A DNA stretch of 64,000 bases from an uncultured Acidobacteriaceae bacterium (lineage in GTDB: Bacteria; Acidobacteriota; Terriglobia; Terriglobales; Acidobacteriaceae): contig CAWAPC010000014.1 in NCBI GenBank assembly GCA_963783805.1, forward strand, positions 97,910 through 161,909, in the 5' to 3' direction. Positions 10,926-21,723 of the stretch are shown here, one piece after another (the stretch's first letter is position 1; each line of letters begins with the position of its first letter). The translations under genes and the position numbers were made by a program. A model generated the notes under the pieces. That model was not told where the DNA came from and made no database searches. It worked only from the letters and a program-made list of their open reading frames with translations.

Positions 10926-11630
10926 TCAGGCTGTAACCAGCGAACCAACTTTTTCGCCTGAGATGACGCGGCGGATATTTCCTGGCTGATTCAAGTTGAA
11001 GATGATCATAGGGAGATTGTTGTCTTTGCAGAGGCTCACTGCCGTCGTATCCATTACCTTTAACCCCAGCCGCAGAATTTCCATGTAGGTAATCTGCTCA
11101 AATTTCACGGCATCTTTTTCGATGACCGGGTCGGCGTCGTAGATGCCCTCGACTTTGGTGGCTTTGAGCAGAACGTCCGCTTTGATTTCCATTGCGCGCA
11201 GCGAGGCGGCAGTGTCGGTTGAAAAATAGGGATTGCCGATGCCGGCGGCGAAGATTACGACGCGGCCCTTTTCGAGATGCCGGATGGCGCGGCGGCGAAT
11301 ATACGGCTCGGCGACCTGGTTCATCTCAATGGCGGACATAACGCGGCAGTGGAGGCCACGCTTTTCGATCGCATCCTGAATAGCCAGCGCGTTGATGACC
11401 GTGGCCAGCATGCCCATATTGTCGGCGGACACGCGGTCCATGGCCCTGGCCTGCTCGGCGACGCCGCGAAAAAAATTGCCTCCGCCCACGACGATCGCCA
11501 CTTCGACGCCCTGCTCGCTGACTTCGGCGATTTCGCCTGCGATTTCATGAACACGGGCTACGTCGACGCCAAAGCCCTTTCCGGCGGCGAGCGCTTCCCC
11601 TGAAAGCTTGAGTACGACACGTTTATACAT
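10926..11630 (-). CDS. pyrH: UMP kinase
   Basis: [31 protein letters not shown]. Confidence 0.98.
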   Translation of the reverse strand: MYKRVVLKLSGEALAAGKGFGVDVARVHEIAGEIAEVSEQGVEVAIVVGGGNFFRGVAEQARAMDRVSADNMGMLATVINALAIQDAIEKRGLHCRVMSAIEMNQVAEPYIRRRAIRHLEKGRVVIFAAGIGNPYFSTDTAASLRAMEIKADVLLKATKVEGIYDADPVIEKDAVKFEQITYMEILRLGLKVMDTTAVSLCKDNNLPMIIFNLNQPGNIRRVISGEKVGSLVTA

Positions 11631-11657
11631 TCTTATTGAGTGTATCCCACAGAAAAG

Positions 11658-11687
11658 AGCGGTCAGCGGTCGGCGATCAGCGGTCAG
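11658..11687. repeat. Heptamer tandem repeat (TCAGCGG-like, ~4 units)
   Basis: agcgg-tcagcgg-tcggcga-tcagcgg-tcag. Confidence 0.6.
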
Positions 11688-11756
11688 AAAAACAGCCTGC
11701 GCGGAAAATCATTGCGCGGCTCTGGACAAAGGCCTGCTCTGCTATAAACTAGGCGC

Positions 11757-11876
11757 ATGGGAAGCAAAGACAAGGGAAAAAAGGAAGTTAAGAAGCAGCC
11801 GAAACCGAAGCCTAAAGTTGAGCCTGGCCGCAAGCGCGATACCTGGAATCCATCTGCTGTTCAGCCCGCCAAATAA
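11757..11876 (+). CDS. Small Lys-rich protein (39 aa)
   Basis: MGSKDKGKKEVKKQPKPKPKVEPGRKRDTWNPSAVQPAK*; TGGACA-16-TAAACT ends 6 nt before the ATG. Confidence 0.6.
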   Translation: MGSKDKGKKEVKKQPKPKPKVEPGRKRDTWNPSAVQPAK

Positions 11877-11938
11877 CCGCGCGGCCTGGGTCATTTTTCA
11901 CGAGTCGTTGTAACGGCGCAATTTCTCTCGCACGGCAC

Positions 11939-11968
11939 AAAAAAGCCCGGCTTATCGCCGGGCTTTTT
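11939..11968. terminator. Bidirectional intrinsic terminator (tsf / sORF)
   Basis: AAAAAA-GCCCGGC-ttatc-GCCGGGC-TTTTT. Confidence 0.88.
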
Positions 11969-11979
11969 CATTTCGCAAA

Positions 11980-12636
11980 CTAAGCCTGCGCTTCGTCTGA
12001 AGTCTTTACCTGCGCTACCGTCCAGTTGGGATCGCCTACCTTAAAGCGGGCGAAGCGGCGGATGGAGATGTTCTCGCCGAGCTTGCCTACCTTGGTGCCG
12101 ATGAGGTCCTTGATGGTGACGGTCTGTTCCTTGATGAAGGGCTGCTCAAGCAGGCAGACCTCTTCGTAGAACTTGCCCATCTTGCCTTCGACGATCTTTT
12201 CAATCACAGGAGCCGGCTTGCCGGTCTGAGCGGCCTGGGCGCGATAGATTTCTTTCTCGCGCTCGAGATCTTCGGTCGTTACGTCTTCCTTGCGGATGTA
12301 GCGCGGATCGGTTGCGGCGATGTGCATGGCTACGTCCTTGAGCAATTCCTGGAAGTCGGCGGTGCGGGCGACGAAATCGCTCTCGCAATTAACCTCGAGC
12401 AGCACGCCGATCTTACCTCCGGCGTGGATGTAGGTTCCGACGGCGCCTTCGTTCGTGGTGCGCGACGCCTTCTTGGCGGCCGACGCCATGCCGCGCTTGC
12501 GCAGAATGACGAAGGCCTGTTCCATTTCGCCCTTCGACTCCTGCAGCGCCTTGAGGCAGTCGCCCATAGGCGCGCCGGAGCTGTCGCGGAGTTGTTTTAC
12601 AAGCTTTGCATCGATTTTCTCAGTTACAGCAGACAT
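11980..12636 (-). CDS. tsf: Elongation factor Ts (short form)
   Basis: VKQLRDSSGAPMGDC, EVNCESDFVA, LGENISIRRFARF; AAGGA RBS. Confidence 0.97.
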   Translation of the reverse strand: MSAVTEKIDAKLVKQLRDSSGAPMGDCLKALQESKGEMEQAFVILRKRGMASAAKKASRTTNEGAVGTYIHAGGKIGVLLEVNCESDFVARTADFQELLKDVAMHIAATDPRYIRKEDVTTEDLEREKEIYRAQAAQTGKPAPVIEKIVEGKMGKFYEEVCLLEQPFIKEQTVTIKDLIGTKVGKLGENISIRRFARFKVGDPNWTVAQVKTSDEAQA

Positions 12637-12742
12637 TTCCTTCTCCAATCTTTTTCCGTGTCCCCTGGACACCACTTCAAACACAAAGAAAGCGTGGCCG
12701 TTTATAACGCAGCCACGCTTCCCTTAACTTTCAGCGGCTTCC

Positions 12743-12782
12743 CACCCCATCACGCGAAAACCGCGCGTGCCGGGGACCCCGG
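12743..12782. repeat. REP-like palindrome (CACCCC...GGGGACCCC family)
   Basis: CACCCC-atcacgcg-aaaac-cgcgcgtg-cCGGGGACCCCGG; same ends as the copies at 13852-13937. Confidence 0.7.
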
Positions 12783-12801
12783 TTTTCCGCCGCACAAAGT
12801 C

Positions 12802-13692
<891 letters not shown>

Positions 13693-13827
13693 ACAGCCTC
13701 CTCTGTGGATTGCATTCCGGCGGTTTCGGTGCCGGAATTGATTCCCTCTTGGGAAAATTGAACTACCTAAACCTGTGCTTGCTCCATCCTTCGGCCCCAA
13801 CCATGAGGCCGAAAGATGAGAAGCGAA

Positions 13828-13850
13828 TTAACGCTTCGAGAACTGGAATC
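13828..13850 (-). other. Orphan duplicate of the rpsI 3' end (att-like scar)
   Basis: Minus strand reads ..ttc cag ttc tcg aag cgt taa (FQFSKR*), 140 bp from the functional rpsI end. Confidence 0.8.
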
Positions 13851-13851
13851 C

Positions 13852-13937
13852 CTTAATCACCCCTGCGAGCAAAGACCGCTCGCCGGGGACCCCGCTTAAT
13901 CACCCCTGCGAGCAAAGACCGCTCGCCGGGGATCCCG
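13852..13937. repeat. Two tandem 43-bp REP-like hairpin units
   Basis: cTTAATCACCCCTGCGAGCAAAGACCGCTCGCCGGGGA(C/T)CCCG x2, one mismatch. Confidence 0.9.
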
Positions 13938-13967
13938 ATTCGGTTAACCAGCTCCATCAGCCAGCGA

Positions 13968-14363
13968 CTAGCGCTTGCTGAATTGGAATCTCTTGCGGGC
14001 GCCCTTCTGTCCGTACTTCTTGCGCTCCTTGCCGCGCGCATCGCGGGTGAGCAGCCCTTCAGTCTTGAGCGTCTTGCGCAGCTCGGCGTTGAACTCAAGC
14101 AGTGCGCGTGCGATGCCCATCTTCACCGCATCAGCCTGTGCGCTTACGCCGCCGCCCTGGACGGTGGTAACCACGTCAAAGGAGCCGGTGAGCTCGGTGA
14201 GCACGAGCGAACGCTTTGCCGAAACGCGCTGCTGCTCGGTGACGAAATACGTCTCCAGACCTTTGCCGTTGACCTGAAAATTACCGCTGCCGGGGCGCAG
14301 AAACACGCGAGCAATTGCCGACTTGCGCCGTCCCGTTCCGTAATACTGAACTATATCTGCCAT
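13968..14363 (-). CDS. rpsI: 30S ribosomal protein S9
   Basis: [14 protein letters not shown]...[19 protein letters not shown]. Confidence 0.99.
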   Translation of the reverse strand: MADIVQYYGTGRRKSAIARVFLRPGSGNFQVNGKGLETYFVTEQQRVSAKRSLVLTELTGSFDVVTTVQGGGVSAQADAVKMGIARALLEFNAELRKTLKTEGLLTRDARGKERKKYGQKGARKRFQFSKR

Positions 14364-14411
14364 TAGTTTTCCTGAACCTTTTTAGCCATCGCTGTCCTGG
14401 TCTCTCTAAAG

Positions 14412-14846
14412 TTATGCATTGATTTCCAGAGCCACCGGCTTCTGGGCGGCGTGAGGATGTTTGTCCCCGCGGTAAACATTGAGCTTGGAGGCCATTTTGC
14501 GGCCCATCTTGGTCTTGGGAAGCATACCCTTGATCGCCTCTTCGACGATCTTTTCCGGCCTGCGCTCGAGCAGGCGGGTGAAGGACTCTTCGCGCAGACC
14601 ACCGGGGAAACCGGTGTACCGGCGATAAACCTTCTGCTGGCTCTTGAGCCCGGTCAGGCGAATCTTTTCGGCGTTGATGACCACGACATGATCGCCCATG
14701 TCGATGTAGGGCACGTACTTCGGATTTCGTTTACCGGCGAGAACGCTGGCCGCTTCAGTGGCGAGACGGCCCAGGGTCTTGCCACTGGCGTCTACGACGA
14801 ACCATTTGCGGTCAATTTCATGCGCGCTCGGAATATATGTCGACAT
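14412..14846 (-). CDS. rplM: 50S ribosomal protein L13
   Basis: [35 protein letters not shown]. Confidence 0.99.
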   Translation of the reverse strand: MSTYIPSAHEIDRKWFVVDASGKTLGRLATEAASVLAGKRNPKYVPYIDMGDHVVVINAEKIRLTGLKSQQKVYRRYTGFPGGLREESFTRLLERRPEKIVEEAIKGMLPKTKMGRKMASKLNVYRGDKHPHAAQKPVALEINA

Positions 14847-15055
14847 CGCTCTTTTTCCTTCTCCTCAAACCACTCGCGCCAAAGCGCGACCCTAAAAACG
14901 CAATTGCCCACGCGCAACATTTGCGCGGATTCCAGAATTCCCCGCTGCTTACAAACTGCTGTTCGCGTGAGGCTGGCGCAGACTTCAACCCGGTGGGTTT
15001 CCACGGCCACATCCCGACAAGAGACACGGGCAGACGTGGACTGCACAAGGACTTT

Positions 15056-15084
15056 AGAATACGGGAATTCAGAGCTGGAGTCAA
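15056..15084 (-). promoter_or_regulatory. Sigma70-type promoter of rplM-rpsI
   Basis: Minus strand TTGACT-17-TATTCT, ~200 nt upstream of rplM. Confidence 0.7.
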
Positions 15085-15257
15085 TAAATCCTTCACTCCG
15101 GCAACGTTGAGATCGGCGTCTCTCCCAATCGCCAAAATTGTTGAAAAAACAGGGGTACGAGTCGGTGCTTCTCAAACATCATTCCGATACTTACACACGC
15201 GCTCCGGCATGCAGCGCATGCCCGAGACTAATCTTTGTGCAAAGAACGCAGCTGGCG

Positions 15258-16016
15258 TCAATCCGGCCGGGGTGCACTATGCGTGCGATAAGCATCCACA
15301 AGCCTCGCGATCACTACTGCCAGATAAAAGATGCCGAGCATGGCTTCAATGACCGTAAGCGAACGCGCCTGGTTGGAGACGGCAGTTATGCCGGACGACC
15401 CAAGGGAGGTGATGGTACCGAAGCTGTAGTAGATAAAGTCGAAGCGATTGAGGGTTGTGTGGGTGTTTGTCGCTGGATCGAGGTAAAAGGCGTGCGGCTG
15501 CACCGTTGCCAGCAGTTCATAGGCGCCGGTGAAACTGACACCAATAAGCATGTAAATGCAGAGCGCGCCAAAAACCGTCTCCGTGTCCGGCTTCTCGCTT
15601 GCGAAGACACGACGGAACAGGACGACGACAATGAAAACGTCGAAGGCGAAGCTGAGGCTTGTGTTCGACAGCGAGAGCAGGCTGAGGTTGGCGCGAAGGA
15701 TATGAAGCCATTGCGCGACCGCAGGAATAGCCAGTACAACACCCCAGATGACCAGATTCAGCCGTCGGCTTGCGGCGTACACGCTGAGCAGAATCGCAGC
15801 GGTTCCGGCGATTCGGAAGGCGAAAAATCCAAAGGCGGTGCTTTCGGCGTAAGGATAGAGGAGGAGCGACGCCAACAGGAAAATAAAAAGCAGAAGGAAT
15901 CTCTGCTGGACCACCTTGAGCGGCCAGCCGGTGCGGGGTACCACGTGTTCATTCTTCTGAGGCAGAATTCCCGGCATATTCGCTCGCGACGCTGATCGTA
16001 CACCTTTGGCGCTCAC
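15258..16016 (-). CDS. Ion-channel family membrane protein (Ion_trans_2-like)
   Basis: Several TM helices, GALCIYMLIG, pore helix FIYYSFGTITSLGSSGI, EAMLGIFYLAVVIARLV. Confidence 0.75.
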   Translation of the reverse strand: MSAKGVRSASRANMPGILPQKNEHVVPRTGWPLKVVQQRFLLLFIFLLASLLLYPYAESTAFGFFAFRIAGTAAILLSVYAASRRLNLVIWGVVLAIPAVAQWLHILRANLSLLSLSNTSLSFAFDVFIVVVLFRRVFASEKPDTETVFGALCIYMLIGVSFTGAYELLATVQPHAFYLDPATNTHTTLNRFDFIYYSFGTITSLGSSGITAVSNQARSLTVIEAMLGIFYLAVVIARLVDAYRTHSAPRPD

Positions 16017-16094
16017 ACAATCGCACCTCCGGAGAGTATTCTCGCTTCACTACCGTTCCGTTCAGGGAGATCTCCGCACGTTTCCGTTTAAAAA

Positions 16095-17763
16095 CTATGC
16101 TGTCCGATAGAGGGCGGCGATCAGGGCTTCTCTTCTTGCCTCGACCATAGCTCCAGCGTTGGACAGAACGCGCAGCCATAGCAGGATCGATGCGGCGGAG
16201 AAAACGAGCAGGACGGGCGCGGCGAATCCAGCGTGGCCGGCGCGATTGAGCAAGAGATAAACCGCGGCACCGATGGCGAAGACAAGCAACTCGACGAGCA
16301 GGCTTAACAGACTGTTGCCGGCTGCTCCCTGTTGGCGGCTCATGCGGGTCATGCTCATACGATACGCCATGGTGATCGAGAGCACGTTGCCGATCGCCAA
16401 CTGCGCGGGCACAGCGAAGAGCAGCCAGCACAGGGTTACGGCCAGCATTTGGGGCCCGGGCATCCCAGCGCGGAAGGCGACAATGGCGAATACCAGCGCC
16501 AGTTCAACCAGAAAAATCATAGTATGCACAATATTCTTGGCCAGCATCACCTTGCGAAAGGGGGTGGGCGAGAGGAAATAGAGTTGAATGCCCGCGCCTT
16601 CTCCGCCGAGGTTGTTGTAGATGAATCGTGTGAGGCCGAGGAAGCTGTAGGCGATGCCAAGCGGCAACGCGTATTGCCCGGCAAAGGCGGGGGAGTGGCC
16701 GGCATGCGATCCGCCGCTGAACAGGAAGACAATAATAAGCGGAGCAAAAAAGCCGTAGAGCATGACTCCGCTGCGCATGAGATAGCGGATTTCCTTTTCA
16801 ATCACCGCGGCCACGGGACCTGAGCCTTCGAGGAGGTTTCTACGGCTGCTCGCGCGCGCGTTCTTTGCCGTGGGGGATGGCGCTTCGCCGAGGCTTTCTC
16901 CGCGGTATTCGGCGTGGAGTCTGATTCCGAGCGCGGCTCCGGCTGCGACTCCATAGAGAGCGAGGAAGAATAAGTCTTCTCCGGCTGCAAGCGGCTTTCC
17001 GGTGTGGACGCTGCTGATGGCGTTCGCAGCCAGGCCCGGAGGCAACACATTCTGCACGCGCTCTGGCGACTTTCAGGTCTCGCATCAAGGTGGCGTGGCT
17101 GATCCCGAACTGGCGTCCGCGATGCTGATAAAACGCCGGGTTCAGGAACTGCGCGCCGAGCATCAGGAAGAGGAAAACGGCTCCCAATATTTCGCGGGTC
17201 TTGCGTTGGGCCAGCCAGCGATCAATCCAGGCGAAGATCAGCGCGTAAGGAAGATGTTGAAGACCGCAAAGAGCGCGAGCGCCAGCGTGATCCAGACGAT
17301 CAGGCCCGGCTGCGCGAGCGATGCGCCAATCCATACGCCGAACAGGGCGATGCCGCCGACCAGAGAGCCTACGTCAAACAGCCCAAACAAAATGTAGAAG
17401 AGCACATACGAGCTGAAGTTGATGGGAAAGCGCAGGAAGAGGCTTAAATCGGCATTCTCCTGAAAGGATGCCACGGCGAGCGGAACAAACTGCCACACGA
17501 CAAAGACCGGCCAGAACAAAACGGCCAGCATGCGCAGCGAATCGTGTGACGCGATTTGCCATGCGGCGAATCCCAGGCCAAGACCAATTGCCAGGCCGAT
17601 CAGGGCGAAGAACGACTGCGTGACGATGCGCGCGCCGATCTCGAAGCCTCCGCGACGGGTTCGCAGGGAATTCACCAGCATTCGCCAACGCATTTGAGCG
17701 ACGGCGCTGTATTGAGCTTGTACGCTGCACCTCCGCTTTTTCGCTCACGGCTAGGTCAGCCAT
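16095..17763 (-). CDS. ABC-2-type permease, split by frameshifts
   Basis: Hydrophobic ORF pieces 17374-17763, 17238-17693 and 16095-17057 in successive frames directly after the ATPase. Confidence 0.75.
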
Positions 17764-18548
17764 GACAGCTCCTGCGATGCTTCGGTTCCTTCAACGCCTA
17801 CGGTGTTGAGGAATATCTCTTCCAGCGTCAGCTTTTCGTCGCGTTCCGCGCCGGGAAGGGTCGCGGCGACTCCAGCCCGCAGCTCTTCGAGCGAGCCGTT
17901 GGCGACGAGCTTTCCCTTATGAATGATGGCCACATGGCTGCAAAGCCGCTCGACGATTTCGAGCACGTGCGAGGTGAGGAAAATGGTTGCTCCGCGATTA
18001 ATCATGCCCTGGAGCATCGACTTGAGGGTGCCGGAGGCGATAGCGTCTACGCCTTCGAACGGCTCGTCGAGAAAAAGCACCTTGGGGCCATGGATGACGG
18101 CGGCGGCCAGTGCCAGCTTCTTCTGCATGCCGTGCGAGAAGTCTGCAATGAGCTTCTTCGGCTCGTTGGCCAACTGCATGAAGTCGAGCAGCTCCTGGGT
18201 GCGGAGATTGGTTGTGTCGCGGCCGAGCCCGTACATCCGGCCTACGAAGCGCAGGTATTCCGATGCGGTGAGGCGGCTGAGCAGGGCCATGCTTTCGGGG
18301 ACTACGCCGATCTGGCGCTTGAGGTCGAGCGCGCTGGCGGTGAAGGTTTGCCCGAGGATCTCGATGCGTCCTGCGGTGGGTTCAAGCAGGCCAGTGAGCA
18401 TTTTGATGGTGGTCGACTTGCCTGCCCCGTTGGGACCGAGGAAGCCGAAGAACTGGCCCGGCGCTACCTGAAAGGAAACATCGTCAACTGCTGTGAAGCT
18501 ACCGAAACGGCGGGTTAGGCCCTGCGTGGCGATGGCCGGTGTGCTCAT
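17751..18548 (-). CDS. ABC transporter ATP-binding protein
   Basis: GPNGAGKST, FSHGMQKK, LFLDEP, TSH. Confidence 0.95.
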   Translation of the reverse strand: MSTPAIATQGLTRRFGSFTAVDDVSFQVAPGQFFGFLGPNGAGKSTTIKMLTGLLEPTAGRIEILGQTFTASALDLKRQIGVVPESMALLSRLTASEYLRFVGRMYGLGRDTTNLRTQELLDFMQLANEPKKLIADFSHGMQKKLALAAAVIHGPKVLFLDEPFEGVDAIASGTLKSMLQGMINRGATIFLTSHVLEIVERLCSHVAIIHKGKLVANGSLEELRAGVAATLPGAERDEKLTLEEIFLNTVGVEGTEASQELSWLT

Positions 18549-18604
18549 TGCTGGTCAGGATACCGGGAAACCTCACTCGTGCAAAATGCTTTCTGCTTTG
18601 GCGA

Positions 18605-19342
18605 TCAGAGAGAGTGATCCGCATCAGTTGTTGGCACTCCAGTGCGAACTGCGGCGTAAATCGCGACGGCGAGCACAGATGCTGCCGAAAGGATTCCCAT
18701 TGCAAGAGGCATGTGGCGGAAGAGCCATCCTGTGAGCACGGCAGAGAGGAAATAAATGACGAGAACTCCGGCCTGCATGAGAAGCCGTTCTTCGAAACGC
18801 TCTTTCTGTTTCGGGGCTTCGTTCTTTTCCTGCGTGGCGAAGCGCACAATTCCGCTCATCAAGTTGGTCCAGGTGCCGGTGATATAGGTGGTGACGATTC
18901 CGGGAATCTTGAGCTGAAGCATGGCTCCGCTTTGGAGCCCGATGGCCAGCGCAACGCACCCCAGGAGAAGTGTAAGGTACGGCTGGGATACTGCGTTTGA
19001 GCCGAAATGCCGTTGGACGGCGACCCATCCTGCTGCGGCGCAGGCCATGAGGATGGCTTCCAGCGCCAGGGTGAACGTGATGGCTTTGGCCCATACGACG
19101 CCCTGGCGCACCTTTCGCGTGAAAAACGAGGCGAGCGCAGCGCCCGTTGCATAGCAGCAGAGCGAGAGAAGCGGATGAAATACATCTCCGCCCTTCTGGA
19201 AGACCGCGATGCCTGTGAGGACGGTGTTTCCGGTCATGTTGGCGACGAAGGCGTGGCCAAGGCCTAAGTAACTCCATCCGTCGGCTGAACCAGCTGAGGC
19301 CGCGAGGAGAAAGAGCAGGAAATCGCGTTCGGCTGAGCGCAT
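18605..19342 (-). CDS. YoaK/DUF1275 family membrane protein
   Basis: AGSADG, FVANMTGNTV, GLQSG, TTYITGT. Confidence 0.88.
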   Translation of the reverse strand: MRSAERDFLLFLLAASAGSADGWSYLGLGHAFVANMTGNTVLTGIAVFQKGGDVFHPLLSLCCYATGAALASFFTRKVRQGVVWAKAITFTLALEAILMACAAAGWVAVQRHFGSNAVSQPYLTLLLGCVALAIGLQSGAMLQLKIPGIVTTYITGTWTNLMSGIVRFATQEKNEAPKQKERFEERLLMQAGVLVIYFLSAVLTGWLFRHMPLAMGILSAASVLAVAIYAAVRTGVPTTDADHSL

Positions 19343-19513
19343 AGGTTTACTCCACGAAGGGTGAGATGCGAAGGCGAAGTCGTTCCAGTGTAGATTAACG
19401 ATTTCCTAAGTTTTCGGATCACCTGGCTTGGCAGCCGCGAGCATTGCTTTCTGCTAGTTCGCGCAACTTCGATATAATCGGTGCTCTTTCGATTTCGATC
19501 TGGAGATGCGCCC

Positions 19514-21055
19514 TTGCTCAACCGCCGAACTGCTCTCGCGTTTGCTGTTTCTGCTCTTCTATTCCCGGCTGCGCTGGTGAGCGGCGCGCAATCCTCAAAC
19601 GACTCCATCGGGCAGTTCGCCAGCCAGCAGGACATTGGGACGGTTCTTCATGCGGGATCGACGCATTTTGATGCGGCCAAGGGAACGTACACGATCTCCG
19701 GCAGCGGAGACAATGTGTGGTTCACGTCGGATGATCTGCAATTTGTGTGGAAGAAGGTGGAGGGCGATGTTTCGCTTGAGCGCGCAGATCGATTTTGCGA
19801 ACAGCGGCGGAAACGAGCATAAGAAGGCGATGCTGATGATCCGGCAGAGCCTGGATCCGGACTCGGCATATGTGGATGTGGCGCGGCATGGGAACGGGCT
19901 GACGTCGCTGCAATACCGGAACGCGACCAGTGATGTGACGCGGGAGATTGAGCTGAATGTGTCGGGTCCGCAGAAGGTGCGGATTGCGAAGCGCGGTGAC
20001 TATTTCTACGTGTGGTACGCGGGAGCGGATGGGAAGTGGTTGTATTCGGGCGCGTCGATGAAGCTGCCCATGCAGGGTGCGTTTTACGTTGGGCTGGGGG
20101 TCTGCTCGCATGACAAGGATGTGATCGAGACGGCGACGTTTTCGCAGGTGCATCTTGCCGTGAGCCAGGGGGAACGGATGCGGGGGCGGACGCGACCGCT
20201 CATGGCACGCTGTACAGCACGCTTGAGGTGGTTCCGATTGCTTCGACGGACCGGCGCGTGGTGTATGTAGCTGCGTCACACTTTGAGGCTCCGAACTGGC
20301 TGCAGGATGATTCCGGATTTCTGGTGAACGAGGGCGATAGGCTGGAGCGGATTGGGCCGAAGGGCGAGGCTCCGGTGTTGATTGATACGGGCGGCCTGAA
20401 CAAGATCAACAACGATCATGTTCTTTCGCCGGATGGGACGCGGGTTGCGATCTCGGACAACACTGAGGCGGGCGGGTCGAGAATTTACACGCTTCCGATA
20501 ACAGGAGGACAGCCGCAGAAATTGACGGCGAATGCTCCCTCGTATGCGCATGGATGGTCTCCGGATGGGAAGACGATTGCGTTTTGCGGGGAGCGCAACG
20601 GGGAGTTCGATGTGTATACGATTCCGGCGGCTGGCGGTGAAGAGACGCGGCTGACTACGGCGAAGGGCCTGGATGATGGGCCAAATTATTCGCCGGACGG
20701 GAAGTACATTTACTTCAACTCCGAGCGCACCGGTCACATGCAGATATGGCGCATGCTGGCGGATGGATCGCAACAGGAGCAGGTGACTCACGAGGCCACG
20801 AACGACTGGTTCGCGCATATCTCGCCGGATGGGAAGTGGATGGTATTTCTGGCGTATGGGCCGGAGGTGACGGGACATCCTCCGGGGCAGGATGTGACAC
20901 TGCAGTTGATGTCGCTGGCCGATGGGAAAATCAGCCTGCTAGCGAAGTTATTTGGGGGACAGGGTACGATCAATGTTCCGTCGTGGTCTCCGGATAGCAC
21001 GCAAGTCGCGTTTGTGAGCTATGCGTTTGTGCCGGATGTAAGTGGGGGTGAATAA
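19514..21055 (+). CDS. Secreted TolB-like beta-propeller (PD40) protein with N-terminal beta-sandwich, frameshifted
   Basis: Signal peptide, [48 protein letters not shown]; pieces in three frames. Confidence 0.8.
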
Positions 21056-21057
21056 CT

Positions 21058-21444
21058 ATGGCGAAGGTGACGGGATTTGGCGGCGCATTTGTTCGGGCAG
21101 ATGACCCGGCGGCTCTCTACGCGTGGTATGAGGAGCATCTCGGCATCAGCAGTTCGCAGGGGTGCTTTTCTTTTCCGAAGGAGACGCAGAGCGCCAGCAT
21201 TGCGGTCGCATTCTTTTCGCGATCCTCGGACTATTTCCCCACCGTTCAGCCAGCGATGCTGAATTTTCAGGTGGATGATCTGGATGCGGTTCTGGATGGA
21301 CTGATCGCGGCCGGGGTTTCTGTCGATGCGAAGCGCGAGACGTACGACTACGGCAAGTTTGGGTGGTTTACCGACCCGGAGGGGAACCGGGTTGAACTCT
21401 GGCAGCCTGCCGCACGGGCAGACGCGCCTTCGGCGCCATCATGA
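21058..21444 (+). CDS. VOC/glyoxalase-family protein
   Basis: KVTGFGGAF, NFQVDDLD, GKFGWFTDPEGNRVELWQP. Confidence 0.9.
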   Translation: MAKVTGFGGAFVRADDPAALYAWYEEHLGISSSQGCFSFPKETQSASIAVAFFSRSSDYFPTVQPAMLNFQVDDLDAVLDGLIAAGVSVDAKRETYDYGKFGWFTDPEGNRVELWQPAARADAPSAPS

Positions 21445-21495
21445 TGTTTGCGTTTACCGCTACTCCCGTTGGTCGTGGATTTGTTCTCGTTGTAA

Positions 21496-21723
21496 TTACT
21501 TCAGCATGGATTCCAGACGTTCGGGATCGAAGCCGATCATGACTTCCTCGCCGACCACGATGGTTGGAGTGGAGCGGCTGTTTAGCTTTACCAGTTCGCG
21601 CAGCGCCGCGGAGTCGGCTTGAACGTCCTTGTACTCGAAGGAAATGTTGCGCGCAGTCAAGAATTGCCTGGCCGCGTAGCAGGGGGGACATCCGGGCTGG
21701 CTGTAAAGGATGACTCGCTTCAT
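21496..21723 (-). CDS. Glutaredoxin-like (NrdH/YruB) protein
   Basis: CPPC, STPTIVVG, GFD; 75 aa. Confidence 0.88.
   Translation of the reverse strand: MKRVILYSQPGCPPCYAARQFLTARNISFEYKDVQADSAALRELVKLNSRSTPTIVVGEEVMIGFDPERLESMLK

Noticed and set aside
13852-13937. 43-bp repeats as a CRISPR array
   Set aside because: Only two directly abutting units, no spacers and no cas genes.
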